This document shows positions 1-8,879 of a stretch of 64,000 nucleotides of DNA, in pieces. Below the pieces are notes generated by a model. The model did not search any database. It had not been told where the DNA came from and saw nothing but the letters and a program-made list of their open reading frames with translations. Where the stretch lies: positions 7,179-71,178 of the forward strand of contig CAKRXU010000008.1 in the NCBI GenBank assembly GCA_934424575.1, given 5' to 3'. Position numbers and translations under genes: made by a program. Origin of the DNA: an uncultured Blautia sp. GTDB taxonomy: Bacteria; Bacillota; Clostridia; Lachnospirales; Lachnospiraceae. Numbering within the stretch: the first letter of the stretch is position 1; every line of letters starts with the position of its first letter.

Positions 1-302
1 TCTTCTGTTTCGTATCCTTCGTATGGATCAAAGTTCCAGTTTTCGATGTTACCGATACCAACAGTGTCGATATGAGCATCAAAAGCGATGATCTTGTCGC
101 CGGTTCCCATGTAACCGATCACGTTACCCTGCGGGTCAATTGTAACTTCGTCGAAGTTCAGTTTTTTCATTTCAGCTTCGATTGTCTCGATATGTTTTCT
201 TTCATCGCAGCTTTCTCCAGGATTCTTAACGATCGCTCTTAAGAATTTGGTCATATCCTCCTGATAATTCTGAGCAGCTTCTTTGATTTTGCCGTAATCC
301 AT
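1..302 (-). CDS. ygeY: YgeY-family M20 peptidase (selenium-metabolism-linked hydrolase); N-terminal ~100 codons, gene runs off the left edge
   Basis: Hand translation of the minus strand from ATG at 302: [100 protein letters not shown]. It has the HIDTVG metal-ligand motif and a GGGAGG SD (complement of 312-317). It is absent from the ORF track because it is truncated. Confidence 0.85.
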   Translation of the reverse strand, partial: MDYGKIKEAAQNYQEDMTKFLRAIVKNPGESCDERKHIETIEAEMKKLNFDEVTIDPQGNVIGYMGTGDKIIAFDAHIDTVGIGNIENWNFDPYEGYETE

Positions 303-410
303 TTTAAAATTCCTCCCATGTGTATATAGAAATTGTTTTAAAGTTCTTAATTATTTGATGATACTTACGGATTGTTCCGCAGTAAACTGCTCCCACAATC
401 CCTGGTATCA

Positions 411-1640
411 TCATTTGCTTAAAGACTCGTTTGTTCCGTACAGGCCATCCCATACGATCTCGCGGTAACGAACCGGATCAGTGTCACCCTCTGTGGAGAT
501 TACAAGAACGTTGGAGTTCTCATCCAGTTTCAGAGCTTCTTTGAGATCTTTTGCATCTTCGTCGTGAAGAGCAGTGAAGCACAGACCAAGCGGAACAGAT
601 CCAGATTCACCGGAAACGATGTGCGGGTCATTGCCGAGCGGGTTAGCATAGATTCTTGTTGCCTTGGCACTCATCCAGTCAGGGCAGGATGCGAATACAG
701 AAACATGGTTCCTTAAGATATCCCATCCGATCGTGTTTGCTTCGCCGCATGCGAGACCAGCCATGATCGTCTGAAGGTCGCCGCCTACATTTACAAGATC
801 TCCGGATTCTTTCATAGCGGAACGGTACAGGCAGTCAGCAGCACTTGCTTCGCAGACAACCATAACCGGCGGGTTTTCTTTGTATTTGTGAGCGAAGTAT
901 CCAACAACTGCTCCTGCAAGAGAACCAACACCTGCCTGAACGAATACGTGTGTCGGGCGGTCGATGCCGGCTTCTTTGAGCTGCTGGTCAGCTTCCATGA
1001 CCATAGTTCCGTAACCCTGCATGATCCATGACGGGATCTCTTCATATCCGTCCCATGCAGTATCCTGAACGATGATGCCGTGTTCTGTTTTGGCAGCCTC
1101 AGCTGCAGCCATTCTTACGCAGTCATCATAGTTGACTTCTTCGATGGTAACAGTAGCGCCTTCTTTGGCGATGTTGTCAAAACGTGTCTTGGTTGTGCCT
1201 TTTGGCATACGAACAACTGCTTTCTGTCCAAGACGTTTGGCAGCCCATGCAACTCCACGTCCGTGGTTTCCGTCTGTTGCTGTGAAGAAGGTAGCCTGTC
1301 CGAATTCTTTTCTTAATTCTTCGGAGGAGAGAACTGCATATGGAAGTTCGCTGATATCCTTACCAACTTCTTTAGCTATGTAACGTCCCATTGCGTAGGA
1401 ACCGCCAAGAACCTTAAAAGCGTTCAGTCCGAAACGATAGGACTCATCCTTGCAGTGGATGCTCTTAACACCCAGGTAGGATGCCAGTTCAGCAAGATCC
1501 TGAAGAGGAGTTACTGTATACTGTGGGAAACTTTTGTGAAATTCATTGGCTTTTTTCACGTTCTCCTCTGACATTAACTCGAGATGTTTATCGTCAGATT
1601 TGGCAACGTGATTGACAGTCCATTTTAAACCTTCTGTCAT
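411..1640 (-). CDS. dpaL: diaminopropionate ammonia-lyase (PLP-dependent, YgeX/DpaL)
   Basis: 409-aa ORF. The N-terminal region ...CKDESYRFGLNAFKVLGGSYAMG... and TATDGNHGRGVAWAA are typical of DpaL. GGAGGG SD lies upstream of the ATG at 1640. It is adjacent to ygeY, as in E. coli ygeX-ygeY. Confidence 0.9.
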   Translation of the reverse strand: MTEGLKWTVNHVAKSDDKHLELMSEENVKKANEFHKSFPQYTVTPLQDLAELASYLGVKSIHCKDESYRFGLNAFKVLGGSYAMGRYIAKEVGKDISELPYAVLSSEELRKEFGQATFFTATDGNHGRGVAWAAKRLGQKAVVRMPKGTTKTRFDNIAKEGATVTIEEVNYDDCVRMAAAEAAKTEHGIIVQDTAWDGYEEIPSWIMQGYGTMVMEADQQLKEAGIDRPTHVFVQAGVGSLAGAVVGYFAHKYKENPPVMVVCEASAADCLYRSAMKESGDLVNVGGDLQTIMAGLACGEANTIGWDILRNHVSVFASCPDWMSAKATRIYANPLGNDPHIVSGESGSVPLGLCFTALHDEDAKDLKEALKLDENSNVLVISTEGDTDPVRYREIVWDGLYGTNESLSK

Positions 1641-1799
1641 TGTAAAAACCCTCCTTAAAAAATTTATTTTGAACTCATAATTATTGCTTGTCTTTCATGT
1701 CTCTATCATACCATAAATAAAAGATTTTGCAATAGAAAATACAAAAATTTTTAGGTTTTTACAAAAAAAGTTAGAGTACCAGAAAAAAAGTGGTACCGA

Positions 1800-1828
1800 T
1801 TGAAATACAGGTGACCATATGGTAAAAT
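1800..1828 (+). promoter_or_regulatory. putative sigma-A promoter for the DUF1015 gene
   Basis: TTGAAA (1800-1805), 17-nt spacer, TAAAAT (1823-1828). The spacer contains the 10-bp palindrome ACCATATGGT. Confidence 0.45.
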
Positions 1829-1876
1829 AAAAATACATTTCATATAAGAAATTTAAAAGAACAAAGGAGAAAAGAT

Positions 1877-3121
1877 ATGGCTATTTTTCAGGCATTTCGT
1901 GCCCTGAGACCTGTTCCGGAAAAAGCGGCACAGGTGGCGGCACTTCCATATGATGTAGTGACACGGGAGGAGGCAGCAGTGATCGGAAGTCAGAATCCGG
2001 ATTCTTTTCTTCACGTGGACCGTGCAGAAATGGATCTTCCGGCAGATATTGACCTTTATGATCCGAAAGTTTATGACCGTGCCAGAGAAAATCTCATCAA
2101 TATGGAGAAGAGTGGAGTTCTGGTGCAGGACGAAGCACCGTGTTATTACATTTATGAACTGACTCGCAAGGGAAAGACCCAGACAGGTCTGGTCGGCTGC
2201 TGTTCCATAGATGATTATATGAATGATGTGGTCAAGAAACATGAGCTTACCAGAGAAGACAAAGAACAGGACCGTATCCATCATGTGGATGTGTGTGATG
2301 CAAATACTGGCCCGATCTATCTTGCATGCAAATATCCACAGGAACTTCTTGATCTGATGGAGAACTGGAAAGCTTCGCACACTGCAGCTTATGATTTTGT
2401 GGCAGAAGATGAGATTGGCCACCGTGTATGGGTGATCGACGGCGAAGCAGAGAAGAAGATGATCGCAGAGCAGTTTGGAAATATCCCTTCTATATATATA
2501 GCAGATGGACACCACAGAGCTGCCTCCGCAGTCAAAGTAGGACTCAAGAGGAGAGAGGAACACCCGGATTACGATGGAAGTGAAGAATTTAATTACTTCC
2601 TTTCGGTTGTATTCCCATATGATCAACTGACGATCCTTTCCTATAACAGAGTAGTACGGGACCTGAATGGTATGGATGAGCATGCATTTATTGCCAGCCT
2701 TAAATTTAATTTTGAACTGATGCTCATGCCGGGATTTCCATGTAAACCGGTTGAAAAGCACTGCATGGGAATGTACACGGGAGGTAACTGGTACCATCTC
2801 AAAGCCTGGGAGGATGTTTACGCAAAGAAGGACGTAGTAGGACAGCTTGATGTTTCAATCCTTCAGGAGAAGGTGCTTTCTCCGATCCTGGGTATTGGAG
2901 ACCCGCGTACAGACCAGCGGATCCGTTTTGTAGGAGGAAGTCACAAGCTTAAAGAACTGGCCGAGATTGCAGATAAGACAGGTGGGGTAGCATTTGCCAT
3001 GTACCCGACAGCGATGGAGGATCTGATGCAGATCGCAGATGAGGGAAAACTGATGCCGCCGAAATCCACCTGGTTTGAACCGAAACTTCGAAGCGGGCTG
3101 TTTATCCATAAACTTTCCTGA
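1877..3121 (+). CDS. DUF1015 domain protein (function unknown)
   Basis: 414-aa ORF beginning MAIFQAFRALRPVPEKAAQVAALPYDVV, the characteristic DUF1015 N-terminus. AAAGGAG SD. Confidence 0.8.
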   Translation: MAIFQAFRALRPVPEKAAQVAALPYDVVTREEAAVIGSQNPDSFLHVDRAEMDLPADIDLYDPKVYDRARENLINMEKSGVLVQDEAPCYYIYELTRKGKTQTGLVGCCSIDDYMNDVVKKHELTREDKEQDRIHHVDVCDANTGPIYLACKYPQELLDLMENWKASHTAAYDFVAEDEIGHRVWVIDGEAEKKMIAEQFGNIPSIYIADGHHRAASAVKVGLKRREEHPDYDGSEEFNYFLSVVFPYDQLTILSYNRVVRDLNGMDEHAFIASLKFNFELMLMPGFPCKPVEKHCMGMYTGGNWYHLKAWEDVYAKKDVVGQLDVSILQEKVLSPILGIGDPRTDQRIRFVGGSHKLKELAEIADKTGGVAFAMYPTAMEDLMQIADEGKLMPPKSTWFEPKLRSGLFIHKLS

Positions 3122-3183
3122 AGGCAGCTTCTGCAGCCGTAAGCATTATAACTATTTAAAACAAGAAAGAGGAGGATTTCATT

Positions 3184-4410
3184 ATGGGACTTATCAAAGC
3201 AGCATTAGGATCTGCCGGCGGTGTTCTGGCGGATCAGTGGAAAGAATACTTTTACTGTGAATCCATGCCGGCAGATGTACTGATCACAAAGGCACACAAG
3301 AAGGTATCCGGCAGATCGTCAAACAAACATGGTTCGGAGAATATTATTTCCAATGGTTCTGTGATCGCGGTCAGTGACGGACAGTGTATGCTGATCGTAG
3401 AGCAGGGAAAGGTCGTTGATGTATGTGCAGAGCCGGGAGAATATACATATGATACCTCCTCAGAACCGTCCATTTTCTGTGGAGGACTTGGTAAAGGTGT
3501 AAAGGAAGCTTTCCAGCAGATTGGCAAACGTTTTACTTTTGGAGGAGAGCCGCCGAAGGATCAGAGAGTTTATTTTGTGAACACCAAAGAGCTTGTCGGC
3601 AATAAATATGGCACACCAAATCCGGTTCCCTTCCGTGTGGTGGATATGAATATCGGGCTGGATATGGACATCACGATCAAGTGTTTTGGCGAATACAGCT
3701 ATCAGATCGCCAATCCGGTTCTCTTCTATACAAATGTCTGCGGAAATGTGGAGCAGGATTATACCAGAGATGAGATCGATGGTCAGCTCAAGAGCGAACT
3801 GATGACAGCTCTGCAGCCGGCTTTTGCCAAAATCTCAGAGATGGGAATCCGTTACAGTGCGCTTCCGGGACATACACAGGAACTTTCAGATGTACTGAAT
3901 AAAGTCCTGTCCGATAAATGGGATAATCTCCGCGGCATTCGCATCGTATCTCTGGGTGTATCCAGTGTGAAGGCTTCCGAGGAAGATGAGGCCATGATCA
4001 AGGAACTGCAGAGAAATGCTGTTTTCCGTAATCCTACAATGGCAGCTGCGCAGATGGTCGGTGCACAGGCAAGTGCAATGCAGTCAGCAGCATCCAATCA
4101 GAAGACCGGACCTGCAATGGCATTTGCTGCAATGAACATGGCGGCAAATGTCGGAGGAGCGAACGCACAGAATTTATTTACTATGGGACAGCAGCAGGCA
4201 CAGGCAGCACCGCAGCAGATGCAGCCGCAGTACCAGCAGGCTTCCAATGCAGTACCGAAGACGGAGTGGACTTGTGCCTGTGGTGCAGTGAATACCGGGA
4301 AATTCTGCTCTGAGTGTGGAAGTCCTCGTCCGGCAGGACCCTGGACCTGCAGCTGTGGAACGGTAAATACCGGTAAGTTCTGCCAGGAATGCGGCAAACC
4401 AAGACCATAA
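3184..4410 (+). CDS. SPFH/band-7-like 'virion core protein' family protein (YdjI-like) with two C-terminal zinc ribbons
   Basis: 408 aa. The N-terminus MGLIKAALGSAGGVLADQWKEYF is typical of the YdjI/COG4260 family. A Q/A-rich linker is followed by a tandem WTC(A/S)CG(A/T)VNTGKFC(S/Q)ECG(S/K)PRP. Confidence 0.8.
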   Translation: MGLIKAALGSAGGVLADQWKEYFYCESMPADVLITKAHKKVSGRSSNKHGSENIISNGSVIAVSDGQCMLIVEQGKVVDVCAEPGEYTYDTSSEPSIFCGGLGKGVKEAFQQIGKRFTFGGEPPKDQRVYFVNTKELVGNKYGTPNPVPFRVVDMNIGLDMDITIKCFGEYSYQIANPVLFYTNVCGNVEQDYTRDEIDGQLKSELMTALQPAFAKISEMGIRYSALPGHTQELSDVLNKVLSDKWDNLRGIRIVSLGVSSVKASEEDEAMIKELQRNAVFRNPTMAAAQMVGAQASAMQSAASNQKTGPAMAFAAMNMAANVGGANAQNLFTMGQQQAQAAPQQMQPQYQQASNAVPKTEWTCACGAVNTGKFCSECGSPRPAGPWTCSCGTVNTGKFCQECGKPRP

Positions 4411-4429
4411 AAGAAAGGGGGCAGATGTT

Positions 4430-5530
4430 ATGGATGATACTTTAAACTATAAATGCCCCAACTGTTCAGCAGGTCTTGCCTTTGACAGCAAGGCACAGAA
4501 GATGAAATGTGAATACTGCGGTAAGGAGTATTCACTGGATGAACTGGATAAGATCGAAGAACAGGCGGAAGATGTAAAGGAAGTTAAGGGGGATCACTGG
4601 GAGGGATTTGAACCGGAGCAGTGGCAGTCAGATGAGAAATCTAATATGGCTGTCTGGAGCTGTCCGTCCTGTGGCGCAGAAATTCTTGCAGAAAAAACGA
4701 CCGGCGCGACCGTGTGCCCTTATTGTGATAATCCGATGATTATGCCAAAGCAGTTTGCGGACAGCTACCGTCCGGACTACATCATTCCATTCAAAAAATC
4801 CAAGAAAGAAGCGATTGAAGCACTCAAGAACCACTATAAGGGAAAAACTTTGCTGCCAAAGGTATTCAAGGATGAAAACCATCTGGAAGAGATCAAGGCA
4901 GTGTATGTTCCATTCTGGCTGTTTGATCTGAATGCATCAGGTCGTTTCCGCTATGAAGCAACGAGGAATCGCTTCTGGGAAGATTCAGATTATAGATATA
5001 CAGAAACGAAGTATTATCATGTCGTACGTTCCGGAAAGATGAAATTTGAAAGAATTCCTGTAGACGGTTCTAAGGCTATTGATGATACCACAATGGAAGC
5101 GATCGAACCATATGACTATAAAGACCTGACAGAGTTCGACTTTTCTTATCTTTCCGGTTATATGGCAGATAAATACGACCAGGAGCCGGATGAACTTACA
5201 GAACGTGTCTATGAACGAATGGAGAAAAGCGTTAAAAACAGCTTTGAAAATACAGTTCGGGGCTATGCAACGATAGTTCCCAAACAGGAAAAAATCACAG
5301 TGACCAGAAAGGGAAAGGTTAAATATGCTTTGTTTCCGGTCTGGTTTTTGAATACGAAGTGGAATGGCAAAAATTATTCTTTTGCCATGAACGGTCAGAC
5401 AGGGCACCTGATCGGAGATCTTCCTGTGGCAAAGAATCTGGCGGTCAAATACTGGTTTAAACGCCATATCCCGCTGACAATTCTGGCAACAGCTGCAGTC
5501 ACACTTCTGCGTCTCTGGGGGGTGATATAA
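4430..5530 (+). CDS. zinc-ribbon membrane-anchored protein (YdjG-like)
   Basis: 366 aa. Two CxxC...CxxC ribbons (YKCPNCSAG...KCEYCG and WSCPSCGAE...VCPYCD). C-terminal TM segment IPLTILATAAVTLLRLWGVI. It starts 19 nt after the SPFH gene. Confidence 0.7.
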   Translation: MDDTLNYKCPNCSAGLAFDSKAQKMKCEYCGKEYSLDELDKIEEQAEDVKEVKGDHWEGFEPEQWQSDEKSNMAVWSCPSCGAEILAEKTTGATVCPYCDNPMIMPKQFADSYRPDYIIPFKKSKKEAIEALKNHYKGKTLLPKVFKDENHLEEIKAVYVPFWLFDLNASGRFRYEATRNRFWEDSDYRYTETKYYHVVRSGKMKFERIPVDGSKAIDDTTMEAIEPYDYKDLTEFDFSYLSGYMADKYDQEPDELTERVYERMEKSVKNSFENTVRGYATIVPKQEKITVTRKGKVKYALFPVWFLNTKWNGKNYSFAMNGQTGHLIGDLPVAKNLAVKYWFKRHIPLTILATAAVTLLRLWGVI

Positions 5531-6373
5531 ATGAGAAGATCAGGATGGATGTTAAAAGGAATGCTTTTATGTCTTGGCCTGGGACTGCTGGCACCTTTTT
5601 CGGTGTCGGCGGCGTCAGACACTGAGGTAACAGATACGGAAGAGCTGTCCTGGGTATTTGATGATTATGGACTTCTGGATGAGACAGAGCAGAAGGAACT
5701 GGATCAGGAACTGGGAGACATTTATGAAGAGTATGGTTATGATGCTGTGCTCCTGATCTCTCCGGATATTGGGGAGGAAGAAGACTACCGACAGTATGCG
5801 GCAGAGTTTATGCAGGAAAATGATATCGGATATGGCGATACATATGAGGGTATGTGCATTTTTCATCAGCCGGATGCCAGAAACATTACGATCGTATTCC
5901 GCGGTGAGACACAGTCGGATTTTTCTACAAATATCCAGGAAAAAATGCTCGACAAATGTAAGAAATATCTCAAAGCAGATGATCCGGTAGGCGGCTATCA
6001 GTCTCTGATCACGGATCTTCGAACAGGTCTTGACAGGATCTGTGAGGGAGAGACTGTGCGCCCGATGGATATCAGCGAACGTCCTTTTGAGATACAGTTT
6101 CTGATCGATCTGGTACTGTGTCTTCTGGTCATGGCGGTTCCGACCGGAGCTATGACCTGGACGCAGCTGCGTAAGATGAAAACGAGAGTACAGCAGGCAA
6201 ATGCAAATGCCTATACCGCACAGGGCGGACTGGATCTCAGTGAGAAGAGGGATATTTTCCTGTACAGCACAGTCAGCCAGACAGCCAAGCCAAAAGACAA
6301 TGATAATAACAATGATTCCGGCAGTTTTTCCAGTGGCGGAGAGAGCTTTTCCGGATCGAGCAGCGATTATTAA
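5531..6373 (+). CDS. TPM-domain protein (YdjH-like) with signal peptide, C-terminal TM and G/S-rich tail
   Basis: 280 aa. Signal-like N-terminus, a TPM-phosphatase-like core (YGYDAVLLISPDIG...GMCIFH), the TM segment FLIDLVLCLLVMAVPTGAM, and the tail SGSFSSGGESFSGSSSDY. The ATG directly follows the stop of the preceding gene. Confidence 0.75.
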   Translation: MRRSGWMLKGMLLCLGLGLLAPFSVSAASDTEVTDTEELSWVFDDYGLLDETEQKELDQELGDIYEEYGYDAVLLISPDIGEEEDYRQYAAEFMQENDIGYGDTYEGMCIFHQPDARNITIVFRGETQSDFSTNIQEKMLDKCKKYLKADDPVGGYQSLITDLRTGLDRICEGETVRPMDISERPFEIQFLIDLVLCLLVMAVPTGAMTWTQLRKMKTRVQQANANAYTAQGGLDLSEKRDIFLYSTVSQTAKPKDNDNNNDSGSFSSGGESFSGSSSDY

Positions 6374-6413
6374 AAACCAGGGGAAACCAGGTGCGCCCCT
6401 GGTTTCTTTTTTT
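6374..6413 (+). terminator. rho-independent terminator
   Basis: ACCAGGGG (6376-6383) pairs with CCCCTGGT (6396-6403), followed by TTTCTTTTTTT. Confidence 0.85.
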
Positions 6414-6544
6414 GAAATTGTACAAAATATACAAAAATAATTTGTCTCTTGCAAAAACTTTGTTTATACATTAAAATAAAGAAAAAGCTACAAACTACAG
6501 CCTGTCAAAATTGCATAAAGACTGTCAGTTGGGAGGTACAATTC

Positions 6545-7174
6545 ATGAATCAATGGTCGATGGTAAAACGATATTGCGTATTCGTTCTTGGAATGGTGTT
6601 CTGTGCATTGGGGATCAGCTTTGTTACACGTGCGGGACTGGGGACCTCACCGGTTTCTGGACTTCCGTTTGTTCTGAGTCTGATCACGGAAATTTCCATG
6701 GGAACATTTACGTTCCTCTTTAATATGCTGTTTCTGATCCTGGAGGCGGTCATCCGCAGAAAACTTGGATTCCTGCAGCTCCTTCAGATCCCGATGACTT
6801 TCTGCTTCAGTTTCTTTATTGACTGTTTTATGAACCTCATCCCGACACGGTTTGGCGGCCCCTGGCTTTCTTCTTTCGTATATCTTGTGATCGGGTGTGT
6901 GATCATGGCATTGGGAATCAGCCTGGAAGTTATTGCAGATGTGATCATGCTTCCTGCAGAAGCACTGGTACGTGCAATCGCACAGAAAACAAAGATCCGC
7001 TTCGGAAACGTCAAGGTATGTTTTGACAGTACCCTTACCATCCTTGCCATGATCGTCGCAATGCTGGCGTTCCACAAGCTGAATGGAGTCAGGGAGGGAA
7101 CTTTGTTCAATGCTCTGGTAGTAGGTCAGATCGTAAAATTATGGAGAAAATTATTCGAAAAAGCAGCGAAATAA
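6545..7174 (+). CDS. YczE/YitT-like (DUF6198) integral membrane protein
   Basis: The ORF-track start at 6449 is rejected. The ATG at 6545 has a GGGAGG SD. MNQWSMVKRYCVFVLGMVFCALGISFVTRAGLGTSPVSGLPFVLS matches the YczE-type N-terminus. Confidence 0.7.
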   Translation: MNQWSMVKRYCVFVLGMVFCALGISFVTRAGLGTSPVSGLPFVLSLITEISMGTFTFLFNMLFLILEAVIRRKLGFLQLLQIPMTFCFSFFIDCFMNLIPTRFGGPWLSSFVYLVIGCVIMALGISLEVIADVIMLPAEALVRAIAQKTKIRFGNVKVCFDSTLTILAMIVAMLAFHKLNGVREGTLFNALVVGQIVKLWRKLFEKAAK

Positions 7175-7193
7175 AAAAGCTGCTTTTTTTTTT
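7159..7193 (+). terminator. rho-independent terminator overlapping the stop codon
   Basis: AAAAGCAGC ... GCTGCTTTT hairpin followed by a run of 10 T. Confidence 0.8.
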
Positions 7194-7430
7194 GCCCCCA
7201 ATTATTCAAAAAATAAATGAAATGTCAAAAATACGACAAAAAAACAGAATAAAAACAAAAAAATATTGTCAGAATTTTGACAATGCACAGGCAAAAATAC
7301 AATACATAGGAAAAATGCACAAAGAAATACAGGAAAGATGTCGATTTGTTGAAGAAAAGTGCAATTGTATTTTGAAGTGCTTATGTTATAATTGCAACTG
7401 GTTAAAAACTTAAACGAGGGGGCGACAGCT

Positions 7431-8867
7431 TTGAAGAAATTAGTAACATTTTTTGGAATGCTGCTGACGATGCTGCTTGCTTGTCCGACAGGTGTATGGG
7501 CTGCCGGAGAAGAGACAACAGCGCAGGTGCCGATTTGGCTCTGCATTCCTTTTGCGGGACTTCTGCTCTGCATTGCGATCATGCCGCTTATTAAAGCAGA
7601 GTGGTGGGAAGCACATCAGCCGCATGTGGTACTTATGTGGATCATACTGATGGTAGTTCCTTTTGCAGTCGTTTATGGTGTGGGTGATGCCGCTGAGACA
7701 GTGCTTGACTGTATCATAAATGACTATCTTACTTTTATTATTCTCCTTTTTGGACTGTTCTGTGTATCCGGTAACATTACCATGGAGGGTGATTTTGCAG
7801 GTTCTCCACGAGTTAATGTATGCCTTCTGGCATTTGGTACACTGTTATCCAGCTGTATCGGAACAACAGGTGCCAGTATGCTGATGGTTCGTCCGGTGAT
7901 CAAGATGAATTCCTGGAGAAAGAGAAAAAGCCATATCATGGTATTCTTTATCTTTATGGTATCCAACATGGGCGGCTGCCTGACTCCAATCGGAGATCCG
8001 CCGCTTCTGATGGGCTTTATGCGAGGTGTTCCGTTCTTCTGGAGCCTGCATCTGCTCCCGGTACTGCTCTTTAACATGGTGATCATGCTGTTTGTGTTCT
8101 ATCATGTAGACAAACTTGCATACCGCAAGGATATCGCACAGGGCCGTAAACCGGACATCAGCAAGCCGGGTACAGAATTCCATATTGACGGACTTCACAA
8201 CATTATTTTCCTTATTATGATCGTGGCAGCAGTTATCCTGAGTGGTGTACTTCCGGGACTTTCTGCTTTCCAGGATGCAGAAGGGGCAGTTAAGGGGATT
8301 CACCTTCTGGGTGAAGTAACTCTGACCTTCCCGGCACTGATCGAGATCGTGCTGATCCTTCTGGCAGCGTTCTTATCTTTCAAGACAACAGACAAGAGTG
8401 TGCGCAGGAGAAACCATTTTACCTGGGGTGCGATACAGGAGGTTGCTGTACTGTTTATCGGTATCTTTATCACCATGCAGCCGGCACTGATGCTCCTTAA
8501 GGCAGTCGGACCGAATCTTGGTATCACCAAACCTCTGGAAATGTTCTGGGCGACCGGTGCACTGTCCAGTTTTCTGGACAATACGCCGACTTACCTTGTA
8601 TTCCTCACAACGGCAGGAACACTTGGTTTTACCAGCGGAATCGCAACGACGCTTGGCACTGTGCCGGTGAAACTGCTTTCTGCAATTTCCTGTGGTGCGG
8701 TATTTATGGGTGCGAACACTTATATTGGAAATGCACCGAACTTTATGGTCAAGTCTATTTCTGACGAGAACGGTGTCAACATGCCGTCCTTCTTCGGATA
8801 CATCCTGTGGTCACTGGTATTCCTTGTTCCAGTATTTATTCTGGACATGCTTGTGTTCTTTATGTAA
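7431..8867 (+). CDS. ion-transporter-superfamily permease (usually annotated sodium:proton antiporter; ArsB/NhaD/CitMHS-like)
   Basis: Polytopic ~478 aa. The track start at 7392 is a TTG. I prefer the TTG at 7431, which has a GAGGGGG SD about 9 nt upstream. The start is uncertain. Confidence 0.7.
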   Translation: MKKLVTFFGMLLTMLLACPTGVWAAGEETTAQVPIWLCIPFAGLLLCIAIMPLIKAEWWEAHQPHVVLMWIILMVVPFAVVYGVGDAAETVLDCIINDYLTFIILLFGLFCVSGNITMEGDFAGSPRVNVCLLAFGTLLSSCIGTTGASMLMVRPVIKMNSWRKRKSHIMVFFIFMVSNMGGCLTPIGDPPLLMGFMRGVPFFWSLHLLPVLLFNMVIMLFVFYHVDKLAYRKDIAQGRKPDISKPGTEFHIDGLHNIIFLIMIVAAVILSGVLPGLSAFQDAEGAVKGIHLLGEVTLTFPALIEIVLILLAAFLSFKTTDKSVRRRNHFTWGAIQEVAVLFIGIFITMQPALMLLKAVGPNLGITKPLEMFWATGALSSFLDNTPTYLVFLTTAGTLGFTSGIATTLGTVPVKLLSAISCGAVFMGANTYIGNAPNFMVKSISDENGVNMPSFFGYILWSLVFLVPVFILDMLVFFM

Positions 8868-8879
8868 GGAGGGAGAAGA

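Noticed and set aside
1853-2797. 314-aa minus-strand ORF overlapping the DUF1015 gene. Similar long antisense ORFs occur at 11153-12298, 12350-13381, 14549-15466, 19967-21043, 23400-24296, 26019-27005, 28964-29833, 34244-35062, 36889-37755, 43739-44491, 50752-51486, 52381-53370, 56531-57244, 57521-58585 and 61192-61839.
   Set aside because: Each lies fully antisense to a gene with clear family hallmarks. Their translations are low-complexity, rich in Cys, His, Phe and Arg, and lack an SD. These are typical shadow ORFs of coding regions and give no evidence for overlapping genes.
6449-6544. N-terminal extensions proposed by the ORF track, here and at 10838, 24229, 28031, 29401, 31487, 42395, 45156, 47605, 54113(-), 59382 and 61902.
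   Set aside because: The extensions overlap the preceding gene or lack an SD. In each case an internal ATG, GTG or TTG preceded by a GGAGG-like SD gives the family-typical N-terminus. The track also reports non-ATG starts as M.
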